Assembly (NCBI GenBank): GCA_050115495.1
Contig: JASFQK010000001.1
Coordinates: 64,001-128,000, forward strand
Length of the DNA: 64,000 nucleotides
Direction of reading: 5' to 3'
DNA from: Phycisphaerae bacterium
GTDB taxonomy: Bacteria; Planctomycetota; Phycisphaerae; UBA1845; Fen-1342
The notes below the pieces were generated by a model. That model saw only the letters and a program-made list of their open reading frames with translations, had not been told where the DNA came from and searched no databases. Below are positions 9,021-19,976 of this stretch, piece by piece. Each line of letters opens with the position of its first letter. Position 1 is the stretch's first letter. Made by a program: the position numbers and the translations under genes.

Positions 9021-9102
9021 TCGCGCACCCGACCGTTACGCGCACGGCCCATCCGCAGGGACGGGCCGTGACGCTGAAGCTATATCCTATGCCCGGCACA
9101 GC

Positions 9103-10218
<1,116 letters not shown>

Positions 10219-10316
10219 TCAACCCCGCCGCCGCCCCGCCGGCCACCTTCCCGCCAGCGCAATTTCGGCATACCCTATCCCCTGCACAGAGAGCCGTATC
10301 CGGAGTCGTCCTCGAT

Positions 10317-11093
10317 ATGCGTACCATCAGCGAAACCGAAGTCTCCCAGGCCATCATCCGGGCCTACCACGAGAAACTGTCCGCCTGCCTCACCAGCGAC
10401 GTCATCATCGTCGGCGCTGGCCCCGCCGGCCTCGTCGCGGCCTTCCGCCTCGCCTCCCAGGGCCGCAGCGTGACCGTTCTCGAAAAACGCCTCGCCGTCG
10501 GCGGCGGCATCTGGGGCGGCGGCATGGGCATGAACGAGGCCGTCATCCAGGACGAAGCCCTCCCGCTCGTCGACGAATTCGGCGTCCGCCACCAGCCCGG
10601 CTACGAAGGCCTGCATACCGTCGATACCGCCGAGCTCACCTGCGCCCTCTGCCTCAAGGCCCTCCAGGCCGGCGCCCGCGTCCTCAACCTCACCACTGTC
10701 GAGGACGTTGGCGTCCGCGCCGGTCGCGTCACCGGCGTCGTCATCAACCGCACCATGATCGTCGGCGCCCTGCCCGTCGATCCGCTCACCCTCGCCGCCA
10801 AGGCCGTCATCGACACCACCGGCCACGAGGCCATCGTCGTCGCCGCCCTCCGCAAACGCGGTCTGCTGCCCACGCCGGCGGCGGGTGCTTTCGGCGAGGG
10901 TCCGATGGACGCCACCGCCGGCGAGGCCTTCGTCGTCGAGCGCACCAGCGAAATCTACCCCGGCCTGTGGGTAGCGGGCATGAGCGTCTGCGCCGCCCTC
11001 GGCGGGCCGCGCATGGGTCCGATCTTCGGCGGCATGCTCCTCTCCGGCGCCCGCGCCGCCGACCTCATCACCCCCACCATCCGCGAAACGTAA
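10317..11093 (+). CDS. thi4: Thi4-family thiazole synthase (non-Cys, sulfide-dependent type)
   Basis: DVIIVGAGPAGL, GGGIWGGGM, PVDPL, DTTGH, GPRMGPIFGGMLLSG. Confidence 0.92.
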   Translation: MRTISETEVSQAIIRAYHEKLSACLTSDVIIVGAGPAGLVAAFRLASQGRSVTVLEKRLAVGGGIWGGGMGMNEAVIQDEALPLVDEFGVRHQPGYEGLHTVDTAELTCALCLKALQAGARVLNLTTVEDVGVRAGRVTGVVINRTMIVGALPVDPLTLAAKAVIDTTGHEAIVVAALRKRGLLPTPAAGAFGEGPMDATAGEAFVVERTSEIYPGLWVAGMSVCAALGGPRMGPIFGGMLLSGARAADLITPTIRET

Positions 11094-11234
11094 CCCCCGG
11101 CTGTGTGGCATGCCGAAGCGCAGCGCCGGCATGTCCTCCGCGCGCATCAAGGACAACGTGCCCGCGCCACCCGGGGCATAACCCCGTCCCTTGCCAACAC
11201 GCCCCCGACCTCGCCGCTTCTGACTCCTCTCTGC

Positions 11235-12407
11235 TCACTCGATCCAGCTCTCGTGATACCGCGCATCTTCCACCCCCGCCGCCACCGTCGTCATCCGAAA
11301 CGGCGTATACGCATCGCACATCACCGCCAGCTCGTCCGTCCGCTTGGTCCCGATGGACTTCTCGTACATGCCCGGATGCGCCCCGTGCGTCACGCCCAGC
11401 GGGTGCAGACTGATCGACTCGGCGTCGATCCCCTTGCGAGACGTAAAATTCCCCTGAACGTAATACAGGATCTCATCCATATCCAAGCTGGCGTGATCGT
11501 ACGGACACGGGATGGCCTTCTCGTGGTAGTCCACCAGCCGCGGCACGAACGAGCAGATCACGAACCGTTCGCCGGCGAACGTCGTGTGGATCGTCGGCGG
11601 CAGATGCACCAGTCCCGTCTTTGGTTCGTAATCGTGGATGCTGAACGCCACCGGATACAGCACGCCGTCCCATCCCACCACCTCGAACGGAAAATGCGCA
11701 TACCGGCGCAGCGTCAGCTCGCCGCCACATTTGACCACCAGCTCGTACGGCGGCCCGCCGTGGCGATCCGGGTCGGCGACGAGTAGCTCGGTCGGGACCC
11801 GGAAATCACGATGCGAGTAAGGCGCGAAGTCCGATAGCTGCCCCCACGAATTGCGATACGCCCCGGGAACGCCCAGCCACGGGCGGCCCTCGAACACCAG
11901 CAGGGTTGCCCGGTCGTTATCGAACACCAGCCGGTAAGGCGTCCCCTTGGGAATGAGCAAATAATCGTGGGTACGGAAAGGCAGGACGCCGTACAGGCTC
12001 TCCACGCGACCCGCACCCTCCGTCACGAAATAGCACTCGTCACCGTCGCCGTTGCTGAAGAACCGCCGCGTGGGCTGGCACGGCTTGCAGACGCCCACGT
12101 CGACGCCCTCGCTGACGCAGAGCGTCCGTCGGCCGCTGAGAAAATCGCCGGCCGGAGCAAGATTCTGCGTCCGTATATGGCGACGGCGCAATGGTTGCTC
12201 GCCAAGCAGCTCGTGCGGGCAGAACCCGGGCAGCTCCAGCCGCTCGACCGCCGTCTCTGCCGTCGGCGAATTGCGGTAGTACAGCATGGTGAAGGGACCC
12301 TCGAAGCCCTGTCGCGTGATCATCTGCTCGCGGAGTAGTCGACCATCCTCGTACATGGCCGTGTGCGGCTTGGCGGGAATCCGGCCGAGGCTCAGGCGGT
12401 GGATCAT
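11235..12407 (-). CDS. hmgA: Homogentisate 1,2-dioxygenase family protein
   Basis: IPAKPHT, FFSNGDGDE, PFEVVGWDG, VHLPPTIH, CSFVPR, DEILYY, LHPLGVTHG, ELAVMCD. Confidence 0.9.
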   Translation of the reverse strand: MIHRLSLGRIPAKPHTAMYEDGRLLREQMITRQGFEGPFTMLYYRNSPTAETAVERLELPGFCPHELLGEQPLRRRHIRTQNLAPAGDFLSGRRTLCVSEGVDVGVCKPCQPTRRFFSNGDGDECYFVTEGAGRVESLYGVLPFRTHDYLLIPKGTPYRLVFDNDRATLLVFEGRPWLGVPGAYRNSWGQLSDFAPYSHRDFRVPTELLVADPDRHGGPPYELVVKCGGELTLRRYAHFPFEVVGWDGVLYPVAFSIHDYEPKTGLVHLPPTIHTTFAGERFVICSFVPRLVDYHEKAIPCPYDHASLDMDEILYYVQGNFTSRKGIDAESISLHPLGVTHGAHPGMYEKSIGTKRTDELAVMCDAYTPFRMTTVAAGVEDARYHESWIE

Positions 12408-12491
12408 GACGTGTGCTCCTGCGGGCGAGGACGCGAGCGGCTCTTTTTGAATTATAAGGCACGCACAGGCGATCCAACATGCGTCAGCATC

Positions 12492-12520
12492 TTGACGGAG
12501 CGCGCGCGCCGCGGCATGAT
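12492..12520 (+). promoter_or_regulatory. Sigma70-type promoter for the Rrf2 gene
   Basis: TTGACG-N17-CATGAT. Confidence 0.55.
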
Positions 12521-12704
12521 ACGTGCCGACTGATCGGTGCGTTCGGGCTGAAGCGCGTCTGGCGCGGGTTGTGGGGGTTACCCGTCCAACGTCGGCTGTA
12601 CGTGGGAGTTTGACGACGGCCCGGCGAAGCGAGCCGAGGAACCTACCGAGCGGTCAGACAACGGCCGCTGCACGGGCCGCGAGCGACTGGAGGTACACGA
12701 AGTA

Positions 12705-13103
12705 ATGCGACTCGGACGTGCCGCGGCGTATGCCATCTTTGCCGTAGTTTACATTGCCAGAAGCGGGAAGAAGGGGCCCGTCCAAGGCAAGGACATTGCC
12801 GGCTCCTGCGACATGCCGCCCGGACGCCTGCTGAAGATTCTGCAGCAGCTCGTGCGGGCCCGTATCCTGGCCAGCGAGCGCGGACCGGCAGGGGGATTCC
12901 AGTTGCGCCGACCTCCTTCGGAGATCAGCGTCCTCGACATCGTCGAGACCGTCGAAGGTCCCATCGATGGCGACCTGCTGGCGGGAAACGGTGTCGCCAA
13001 CATGGAGCGGGCGCGCACCAAGGTCGGCGCCGTCTGTAGCCAGGTGGCGCACTTTGCCCGCGAGAGTCTCGGGGCGCTGACGGTCACCGACCTGGCGTCC
13101 TGA
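12705..13103 (+). CDS. Rrf2 family transcriptional regulator without the IscR Cys triad
   Basis: LLKILQQLVRARILASERGPAGGFQL, ISVLDIVETVEGP; GGAGG RBS. Confidence 0.92.
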   Translation: MRLGRAAAYAIFAVVYIARSGKKGPVQGKDIAGSCDMPPGRLLKILQQLVRARILASERGPAGGFQLRRPPSEISVLDIVETVEGPIDGDLLAGNGVANMERARTKVGAVCSQVAHFARESLGALTVTDLAS

Positions 13104-13313
13104 GTCCAGCCGTTGTGGGGGGGCAACGAGTCTGAGTTTCGCAGGCCTTCGGCAATGCGCGGGCTTCGTGCGCCCGCCGGCCGACGATTACGCGCCGTTG
13201 TCCGCCCGCCACCCCCACCATAGAATCACGATGTTCGGCCGTGTAGAACGGCGGCCCGAGCGCGGGGGCTGCGCGCGTCGGCCACGAGCTGAGGGGCTGC
13301 CGAGGGACCCGAC

Positions 13314-16300
13314 ATGAGCGACGCTCGCAAGACGAGAGCACAGCTTTTCGAGGAGCTGCGCGCGTTGCGCGAGCGGCTGGCCGCCGCCGCCGAAGTACGG
13401 GCCCACCGGGCCGCGGCGCCCGGCCGCCCGCTGGAGCCCGCCGACTGGCCACGCCTCGTCCCGCTCGCCGTCCAGCAGAGCAACAAAGGCATCGCCATCA
13501 CCGAGCCGGACGGCCGCCTGCTCTTCGTCAACGCGGCGTTTGCCGCCGGCCACGGCTACACCGCCGAAGCCCTCGTCGGCCAACCGCTGTCGTCGGTCTA
13601 CCCTGCCCCCGAGACCGCCGCCGCCGCCGAGCACCTGCGCTTCGTCCGCGAAACCGGCGCCTTCGGAGGGCCGGTGCAGCACGCCCGCCACGACGGGACG
13701 ACGTTCTCCGCCTACATGCACGGCACACTCATCCGTGAGGAGTCCGGCCAGCCGCTGGCCGTGTTCATCGCCATGAGCGACGTGCCGGCCCTCCAGCAGG
13801 CCGAAGAGGCCCTGCGCCGCAACGAGCGCTTCCTGCAGGACATCTTCGAGGGCATCCAGGACGGCCTGTGCGTCCTCGACCGCGACCTCGCCGTTCTGCG
13901 CGTCAACGGCTGGATGGAGCGCCGCTACGCCGGGCGAATGCCCCTCGTCGGCCGCAAGTGTTACGAGGTGTTTCTGCAGCGCGACACGCGCTGCCCGGAC
14001 TGCCCCTGCCTGGCAGCGCTCGAAAGCGGACAGGTGCAAACGGCCATCCTGCCCTCTTCCCGCGCGACCGGCGTGACCGGCTGGGTCGAGCTCTCCGCCT
14101 TCCCGCTCCAGGACGCCGCCGGCCGCCCCTTCGGCATCATCCAGCATGTAAAGGACGTCACCGACCGCGAGCGGGCCCAGGCCGCCCTGCACGACAGCGA
14201 GCAGCGCCTCCGCAGCCTGTTCGACGGCCTGCCGGTCGGCCTCTACCGGGCCACGCCCGCTGGCCAAATCCTCGAAGCCAACCCGGCCATGGCCGCCATG
14301 TTCGGCTACGACGACCGGACGGAGCTGATGGCCCAAAACGTCGAAAGCCTCTACGTCGACAGCGACGAGCGAGCCCGCGCGCTGCGGGAGCTCGGGCAGG
14401 GGGACGGCCCGTACACTGCTGAAGCCCGCATGCGCCGCCGAGACGGCCGCATCATCTGGGTCAGCGACTGCGCCCGCGTCGTGCGCGACGACGCCGGGCG
14501 CGTCCTGTATTGCGAGGGAGCCCTCGAGGACATCAGCCTCCGCAAGGAAACGGAGCTCGAGCTGGCCCGCTATCGCGGCCACCTCGAGGAGCTCGTCCAC
14601 TCCCGCACCGAGGAGCTCACCCGAGCCAAGGAGCGGCTCGAAGCCGAACTCGCCGAACGCTCCCGCGCCGACGCTGCCCTGCGCGACCAGGAGCAACAGC
14701 ACCGCCAGCTCTTCCAGAACGCCCAGATCGGCATCTTCCGCTCCAAGCTCGACGGCTCCCGCCTCCTCGCCGCCAACCAGAAAATGGCCGAGCTCATCGA
14801 GCGCCCGCTCGCCGAGATCCTCGCCCTGCCGGCCACCGCGCACTGGGCCGACCTCCGCGACCGCGCGGATATGCTGCGTCGCCTCAGCCGCGAAGGCGTC
14901 GTTACCAACTTCGAGTCTCGCCTCGTTACCGGCGGCGGCAAGCAGAAAACCTGCCTGTTCTCCGCCTCCCTCTACGCCGACCGCGGCTACCTCGAAGGAA
15001 CCGTCCTCGACATCAGCGACCGCAAGCAGGCCGACGACCTGCTGCGCATGCAGCGCGACCTCGGCGTAGCCCTCAGCGCCGCCAACAGCCTCCAGGAGGC
15101 CTTCACGCACTGGCTCGACACCGCCATGCGCATCGAGGGCATCGACGCCGGCAGCGTGCACGCCGTCGACGAGCAGCGCCGCCACCTGACCATGGTCGTG
15201 CACCGCAACCTCACGCCGCACTTCGCCGCCCTCGCCCAGCAGCTGGACCTGACCATGCCACCGGCGCGCGCGGTCCTCGACGGGCAGCCGCTCTACTGGC
15301 GGGTCGGCACGTTCGGCTACCTCGACGACCACGCCCGCCGCGACGGCTTCCGCATCGCGGCCGCGTTCCCCGTGCCGTACGCCGGCGACGTCGTCGCCGT
15401 CCTCGTCGTCGTCTCACGCTCCCTCGACCGCATTCCGGAAAGCGCCTGCCAGGCCCTCGAATCCATGGCGGTCCGCCTCGGCGGTCTGGTCGCCCACTTC
15501 CGCGCCCGCGAGGCCCTGCGCGAAAGCGAAGAGCTCTTCCGCACCATCGTCACGTCCAGCATGGACGCCATGCTGGCCATCGACCAGAACGGAAACATCT
15601 CCATCTTCAACCCCGCCGCCGAGCGCATGTTCGGCTGTCGTGAGGCCGAGGTGCTCCACCAGCCGCTCGACTGGCTGATGCCCGCTGAGCAACGCGCCCG
15701 CCACGGAGACTACGTCCGCCGCTACTTCACGACCGGCGACCCGCAAAACGCCATCGGCCGCACCGCCGAACTCACCATCATGGATCGTTCCGGCCGGGAG
15801 TTTCCGATCGAGGTTTCGCTCTCCGCCGGCCAGCGCAGCGGCGAGCCCTTCGTACTGGCCGTCATCCGCGACATCACCGAACGCAAGCGGGCCGAGGCCG
15901 AAAGAGCCCGCCTTCAGGAGCAATTGTACGAGGCCAAGCGCATGGAGACCGTCGGCCAGGTCGCCGTCGGCATCGCCCACGACTTCGGCAACCTGCTCGC
16001 CGTCGCCCGCAACGGCGTTCGCCAGTTGCAGAGCCACCCCGCGGCCACCGAGCTCCGGGCCGGCCTCGAAACTGTCGCCCAGGCCGTCGACGAGGCCAGC
16101 AGCAGCATCCAGTCGCTACTGCTGTTCAGCCACAAGCTGCCCGTCGAGCGTGTCCCCCTCAAGCTTTGCCGGCTCGTCGAAGAATCCGCCCCGATGCTCC
16201 GCCATCTCCTCCCCGACGACGTCGACCTGTGCGTCTCCGTCCACGAGGGCGGCGGCTGCCTGATCAACGGCGATCCCGGCCAGTTACAGCAGGTCCTCAT

Positions 16301-17066
16301 GAACCTCGCCCTGAACGCCCGCGACGTCCTCCTCGATGGCGGCGTCCTGAACATCGACGTCCAGACGCTCGGCGACGACGCCTCCCCGGAAACACCTCGC
16401 GCCGTCTGCCTCACCGTCCGGGACAGCGGCCCGGGCATCCCACCGGAAGTCCAGCCGCGCATCTTCGAGCCCTTCTTCACTACGAAAAGCGCCGGCCGCG
16501 GCACCGGCCTCGGCCTGGCGACCGTCCGCAGCATCGTCCGTGATCACGGCGGACACATCGCCGTCGCCTCAACGCCCGGCCAGGGCGCCACCTTCACCAT
16601 CGTCCTGCCCACCATCGCCGCCACGCCCAGCGAGGTCATCCCCATCCCCGACGGCCGTGGCCGCCTCGTGCTCCTGACCGAGCCCAACCGCCACGCTCGC
16701 CGGCTGATGCTCTCCACGCTCCGCTCGTGGAACTACGACGTGCGCACCCCGGCCAGCGCCGATGAACTCCGCGAAACCTACACGCAGGTGCAGCCACCAT
16801 CCGCCCTGCTCATCCTCAGCGTCGATACCCCCGCCGACCCCAGCCTCGCTTGCCTCGAGGAAATCCGCGCGGCCGGCGGCCCGCCCGTCATCTTGATGTG
16901 CGGCCAGCCCGACACCGATCTCGCCGCCCACCTTGACGAACGAACGCTACTGCTGCACAAGCCGTTCCAGATGTCTGAACTGGGGCGCACGCTGGGCAGG
17001 TTGCTCGAACGACCTCGTCCCGAGGGGCAAACCGCCGATGAACCCGATCAAGATCCTGATCGCTGA
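13314..17066 (+). CDS. Multi-PAS/GAF hybrid sensor histidine kinase
   Basis: About five PAS/PAC repeats, a GAF-like segment, H-box IAHDFGNLL, N-box MNLALNARD, DSGPGI, FEPFFTTK, GTGLGL, C-terminal receiver-like domain ending KPF. Confidence 0.93.
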   Translation: MSDARKTRAQLFEELRALRERLAAAAEVRAHRAAAPGRPLEPADWPRLVPLAVQQSNKGIAITEPDGRLLFVNAAFAAGHGYTAEALVGQPLSSVYPAPETAAAAEHLRFVRETGAFGGPVQHARHDGTTFSAYMHGTLIREESGQPLAVFIAMSDVPALQQAEEALRRNERFLQDIFEGIQDGLCVLDRDLAVLRVNGWMERRYAGRMPLVGRKCYEVFLQRDTRCPDCPCLAALESGQVQTAILPSSRATGVTGWVELSAFPLQDAAGRPFGIIQHVKDVTDRERAQAALHDSEQRLRSLFDGLPVGLYRATPAGQILEANPAMAAMFGYDDRTELMAQNVESLYVDSDERARALRELGQGDGPYTAEARMRRRDGRIIWVSDCARVVRDDAGRVLYCEGALEDISLRKETELELARYRGHLEELVHSRTEELTRAKERLEAELAERSRADAALRDQEQQHRQLFQNAQIGIFRSKLDGSRLLAANQKMAELIERPLAEILALPATAHWADLRDRADMLRRLSREGVVTNFESRLVTGGGKQKTCLFSASLYADRGYLEGTVLDISDRKQADDLLRMQRDLGVALSAANSLQEAFTHWLDTAMRIEGIDAGSVHAVDEQRRHLTMVVHRNLTPHFAALAQQLDLTMPPARAVLDGQPLYWRVGTFGYLDDHARRDGFRIAAAFPVPYAGDVVAVLVVVSRSLDRIPESACQALESMAVRLGGLVAHFRAREALRESEELFRTIVTSSMDAMLAIDQNGNISIFNPAAERMFGCREAEVLHQPLDWLMPAEQRARHGDYVRRYFTTGDPQNAIGRTAELTIMDRSGREFPIEVSLSAGQRSGEPFVLAVIRDITERKRAEAERARLQEQLYEAKRMETVGQVAVGIAHDFGNLLAVARNGVRQLQSHPAATELRAGLETVAQAVDEASSSIQSLLLFSHKLPVERVPLKLCRLVEESAPMLRHLLPDDVDLCVSVHEGGGCLINGDPGQLQQVLMNLALNARDVLLDGGVLNIDVQTLGDDASPETPRAVCLTVRDSGPGIPPEVQPRIFEPFFTTKSAGRGTGLGLATVRSIVRDHGGHIAVASTPGQGATFTIVLPTIAATPSEVIPIPDGRGRLVLLTEPNRHARRLMLSTLRSWNYDVRTPASADELRETYTQVQPPSALLILSVDTPADPSLACLEEIRAAGGPPVILMCGQPDTDLAAHLDERTLLLHKPFQMSELGRTLGRLLERPRPEGQTADEPDQDPDR

Positions 17067-17691
17067 CGACCACGCCATGTTCGCCTCAACCCTGTCGGGT
17101 TGGCTCCGCGGGCAGACCGATATCGAGGTGCTCGGCATCGCCGCCAGCGCCGAAGAAGCCATCAACCAAGCCGTCGATCTCCAGCCCGACGTCGTCCTCA
17201 TGGACATCGACATGCCCGGCCTGGCCTGCTTCGCCGCCGCCCGCATCCTCTCCGACCGCTGCCCCGACTGCGCCGTCATCTTCGTCAGCGCCTACACCCA
17301 CGACCACTACATCGAACAGGCCCTCGCCGCCGAGGCCGCCGGCTACGTCACCAAGAGTGAACCCCCCGAATCCGTCGCCGCGGCGATTCGGGCCGTCGTC
17401 TCCGGCGGAGCCTACTTCTCGCCCGAAGTCCAGTCCCGCATCATCGTCGACGACAGCGGCGCCCGCCTCGCCGAGTCCGCCCGCACGCGCCTCTCGCTGC
17501 TGACCCCCCGCGAACTGGACATCCTCCGCTACATCGCCCGCGGCCTCACCAAAAGGCAGATCGCCGACACGCTCAGCGTCGCCGTCAAGACGGTCGACTC
17601 CCACACCGCCAATCTCATGCTCAAGCTGGATATCCACGACCGCGTCGGCTTGGCCCGCTTCGCCATCCGCGAGGGTCTCGCCGAAGCGTAA
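17038..17691 (+). CDS. NarL/LuxR family DNA-binding response regulator
   Basis: ILIADDH, VVLMDIDMP, LTPRELDIL...KTVDSHTANLMLKL; overlaps the kinase end. Confidence 0.95.
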   Translation: MNPIKILIADDHAMFASTLSGWLRGQTDIEVLGIAASAEEAINQAVDLQPDVVLMDIDMPGLACFAAARILSDRCPDCAVIFVSAYTHDHYIEQALAAEAAGYVTKSEPPESVAAAIRAVVSGGAYFSPEVQSRIIVDDSGARLAESARTRLSLLTPRELDILRYIARGLTKRQIADTLSVAVKTVDSHTANLMLKLDIHDRVGLARFAIREGLAEA

Positions 17692-17698
17692 CCCCGAC

Positions 17699-18202
17699 TC
17701 AGGCCGGAACCGGCTCTGGATCAGCCGAAACCGCCGCCGGCCGGCGACGACGACGAAGCCACTCCAGGCTCGCCTCGAGCACCAACAGCAGCAGCAGCAC
17801 GACATTCGTGCCCACGCCAATCCAGCCGTCAAAGAGCACGTGCAGGAAGCTCGACGTCGGCACGCAGCCACAATCGAACACGTGACCCTGCGCCAACAGA
17901 TACCCCTTGGCCGCCGTGAAGACGATCAGCATGCCGGCGATCACCAGCCGCGCGTCGCGCCGCCAGAGGTCCAGCACCAGCAGCGCCGCCACGATCACCT
18001 CCAGCCACGGCAGCACGTACGCCACCGCGTTGCTCCACAGCATCGGCACCATCTCGTACGCCCGCACCTCCTTGATGAAGGTCTCCGGGTCGAGAATCTT
18101 CGTGATGCCCGTGTACGCGAACAGGACCGCCACGAGCAGGCGCGGCACCCACTCCAGCACCCGCCGTCCCGCCGACCCCTTTGGCAACGTTGAAGCTGAC
18201 AT
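17699..18202 (-). CDS. MauE/DoxX family redox-associated membrane protein
   Basis: LFAYTGITKILDP..F...VRAY, LPWLEV, FDCGC. Confidence 0.85.
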   Translation of the reverse strand: MSASTLPKGSAGRRVLEWVPRLLVAVLFAYTGITKILDPETFIKEVRAYEMVPMLWSNAVAYVLPWLEVIVAALLVLDLWRRDARLVIAGMLIVFTAAKGYLLAQGHVFDCGCVPTSSFLHVLFDGWIGVGTNVVLLLLLVLEASLEWLRRRRRPAAVSADPEPVPA

Positions 18203-18823
18203 CTAGCCTCCGCCGGAATCGTCCGGGATCTCGTCGAGCGGCTCGTCCCCCATCTCATCCCCCGTCTCGTCCCATTCGCTCTCGTCCGGGCTGATGGACC
18301 CGTCGTCGGTGTACTCGTCGGCCGGATAGCCGTACGGATCCGGCCCCGTCGTCGCCGGCAAACCGGCCGCCACCATCCCCGCCCATCCCGCGTGAAACAC
18401 GCGCACCTCGTGCGAGAACCCCCAGCTCTGCAGCACGTTCCAGAGATCCTCAGCGTCCTCACACAGGTCCGACGAGCAATACACCACTACCGGCAACCCG
18501 ATGTACGCACTGACCCGGTCGTAGTGGTAACCATCCTGCGCCTCGCCCGCCGGGATGTTCATCACCAGCGGCGCGTTGAGGTGCCCCTCCTCAAACGCCT
18601 CCCGCGAACGGGCGTCGATCACCAGCGAGCCTACCTCGTAGTGAGCGATCAGCTCCTTCAGCGAGATCCCCGTCTCCGCGAGCCAGCGCTCGTGCTCCGT
18701 CTGCTCCTGCTCGATCTGCTGCAGATTCGGCACCAGCGGCCGGCCCTGGCTCCACGCCAACCCCAGGCCCACGCTCGCCGAGAACAGCACGATCAACAAG
18801 ACGCGTACAGCCATCCACTTCAT
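18203..18823 (-). CDS. Membrane-anchored rhodanese-like domain protein with acidic tail
   Basis: N-terminal TM, IDARSREAFEEGHL, VVVYCSSDLC, FHAGWAG. Confidence 0.85.
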   Translation of the reverse strand: MKWMAVRVLLIVLFSASVGLGLAWSQGRPLVPNLQQIEQEQTEHERWLAETGISLKELIAHYEVGSLVIDARSREAFEEGHLNAPLVMNIPAGEAQDGYHYDRVSAYIGLPVVVYCSSDLCEDAEDLWNVLQSWGFSHEVRVFHAGWAGMVAAGLPATTGPDPYGYPADEYTDDGSISPDESEWDETGDEMGDEPLDEIPDDSGGG

Positions 18824-19896
18824 GGACTCTGCGGCCCCTCCTCCGGCTGGGCGGCCGGCTTCTTAACCGGCTCCACCACCTGAATGCGGATCGTCAGCTC
18901 CCGGTACTGCTCGTCCCGGGCATCCGTACGCAACGTCACCCACGCGTCGCCCGGCGGCAGCTCCGCCCCCGGCGGCAACGTGATCTGCACCGTCTGATCC
19001 ACCCAGCCCCCTCGCGGACTCGACGGTTCACGAATCTCACACTTGATGCTCGGATCGCTCGGCCGCGCCTCCAGCACCTTCACCGGCATGTCTTCCCGGC
19101 TCGTGACCTTCACCCGCTTCGGCATCGGGTACATCGCCTGCCGCGACAGCGGCAGCGTGCTCGGACTGCACTCCACGTCCGGCCGCACGTACGCCTGAAT
19201 CGGCACGCGGAACATCGGCGAGTGGTCCAGCCCCGTCTCCACCTCCACCTCGATCGCGTTGTACCCCTGCTTCATCGGCGGCTTCGTCCGGGCCGTCAGC
19301 TCGAACTCCATCCCCGGCTTCGTCTCCTTCAGCTCGACCGCGAATACGCCGAAGTCCTGCCCCTCCTTCAGCCGGAAGTGCACGGGTCCGTCGTACTTGC
19401 TCTTGAAGACGATCGTCTTCGACTCCTCCGCCGACCGATGCAGCCGGTAGAAGCCGATCCCGCCGTTAGGCTTCACCTCGTACAGCGGCTTGACGTTGCC
19501 GGTCACCTCGATGGGCACGCGCGGCTGCGCCGGATCGTTCGTGAGCAGCGTGATCGTCTGCCGGGCGGCCCCCTGCCGCTTGAGCGTGTCGTACGTGATC
19601 GTCATGGTGTCCGCCTCGCCGGGCGGCAACGGGCTCTTTGGTTTCGTCGGCGCCGTGCAGCCGCACGACGTCTTCACCGAGATCGTCAGCGGCGCCGTGC
19701 CGATGTTCTTGATCAGAATCTCCTTCGATACCGGCTCGCCCTGCCAGACCTCGCCGAATTCGAAAGACGTGGCGCTCAGCTCCATCTCCGGCGTGCCCGC
19801 CGGCTGGCTCTGCGGTACCTGCGCCACGGCCACGCCAGTCGCCACCAGCAACCAGAACAGTACAGACCCGATCAAACACTGATGCATCATGTCCAC
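18820..19896 (-). CDS. Secreted DUF1573 (Ig-like) domain protein
   Basis: Signal peptide, FEFGEV, IKNIGTAPL, TSCGCT, LPPGE, TNDP. Confidence 0.8.
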   Translation of the reverse strand: MDMMHQCLIGSVLFWLLVATGVAVAQVPQSQPAGTPEMELSATSFEFGEVWQGEPVSKEILIKNIGTAPLTISVKTSCGCTAPTKPKSPLPPGEADTMTITYDTLKRQGAARQTITLLTNDPAQPRVPIEVTGNVKPLYEVKPNGGIGFYRLHRSAEESKTIVFKSKYDGPVHFRLKEGQDFGVFAVELKETKPGMEFELTARTKPPMKQGYNAIEVEVETGLDHSPMFRVPIQAYVRPDVECSPSTLPLSRQAMYPMPKRVKVTSREDMPVKVLEARPSDPSIKCEIREPSSPRGGWVDQTVQITLPPGAELPPGDAWVTLRTDARDEQYRELTIRIQVVEPVKKPAAQPEEGPQSP

Positions 19897-19976
19897 CTCT
19901 TTCAGGTCGCGGGAAGCGTCTCCCTGTTATTCGCGGCGACCCACGCCGCGCACGAAGCTCGGCCGGGCGCGCCCGG

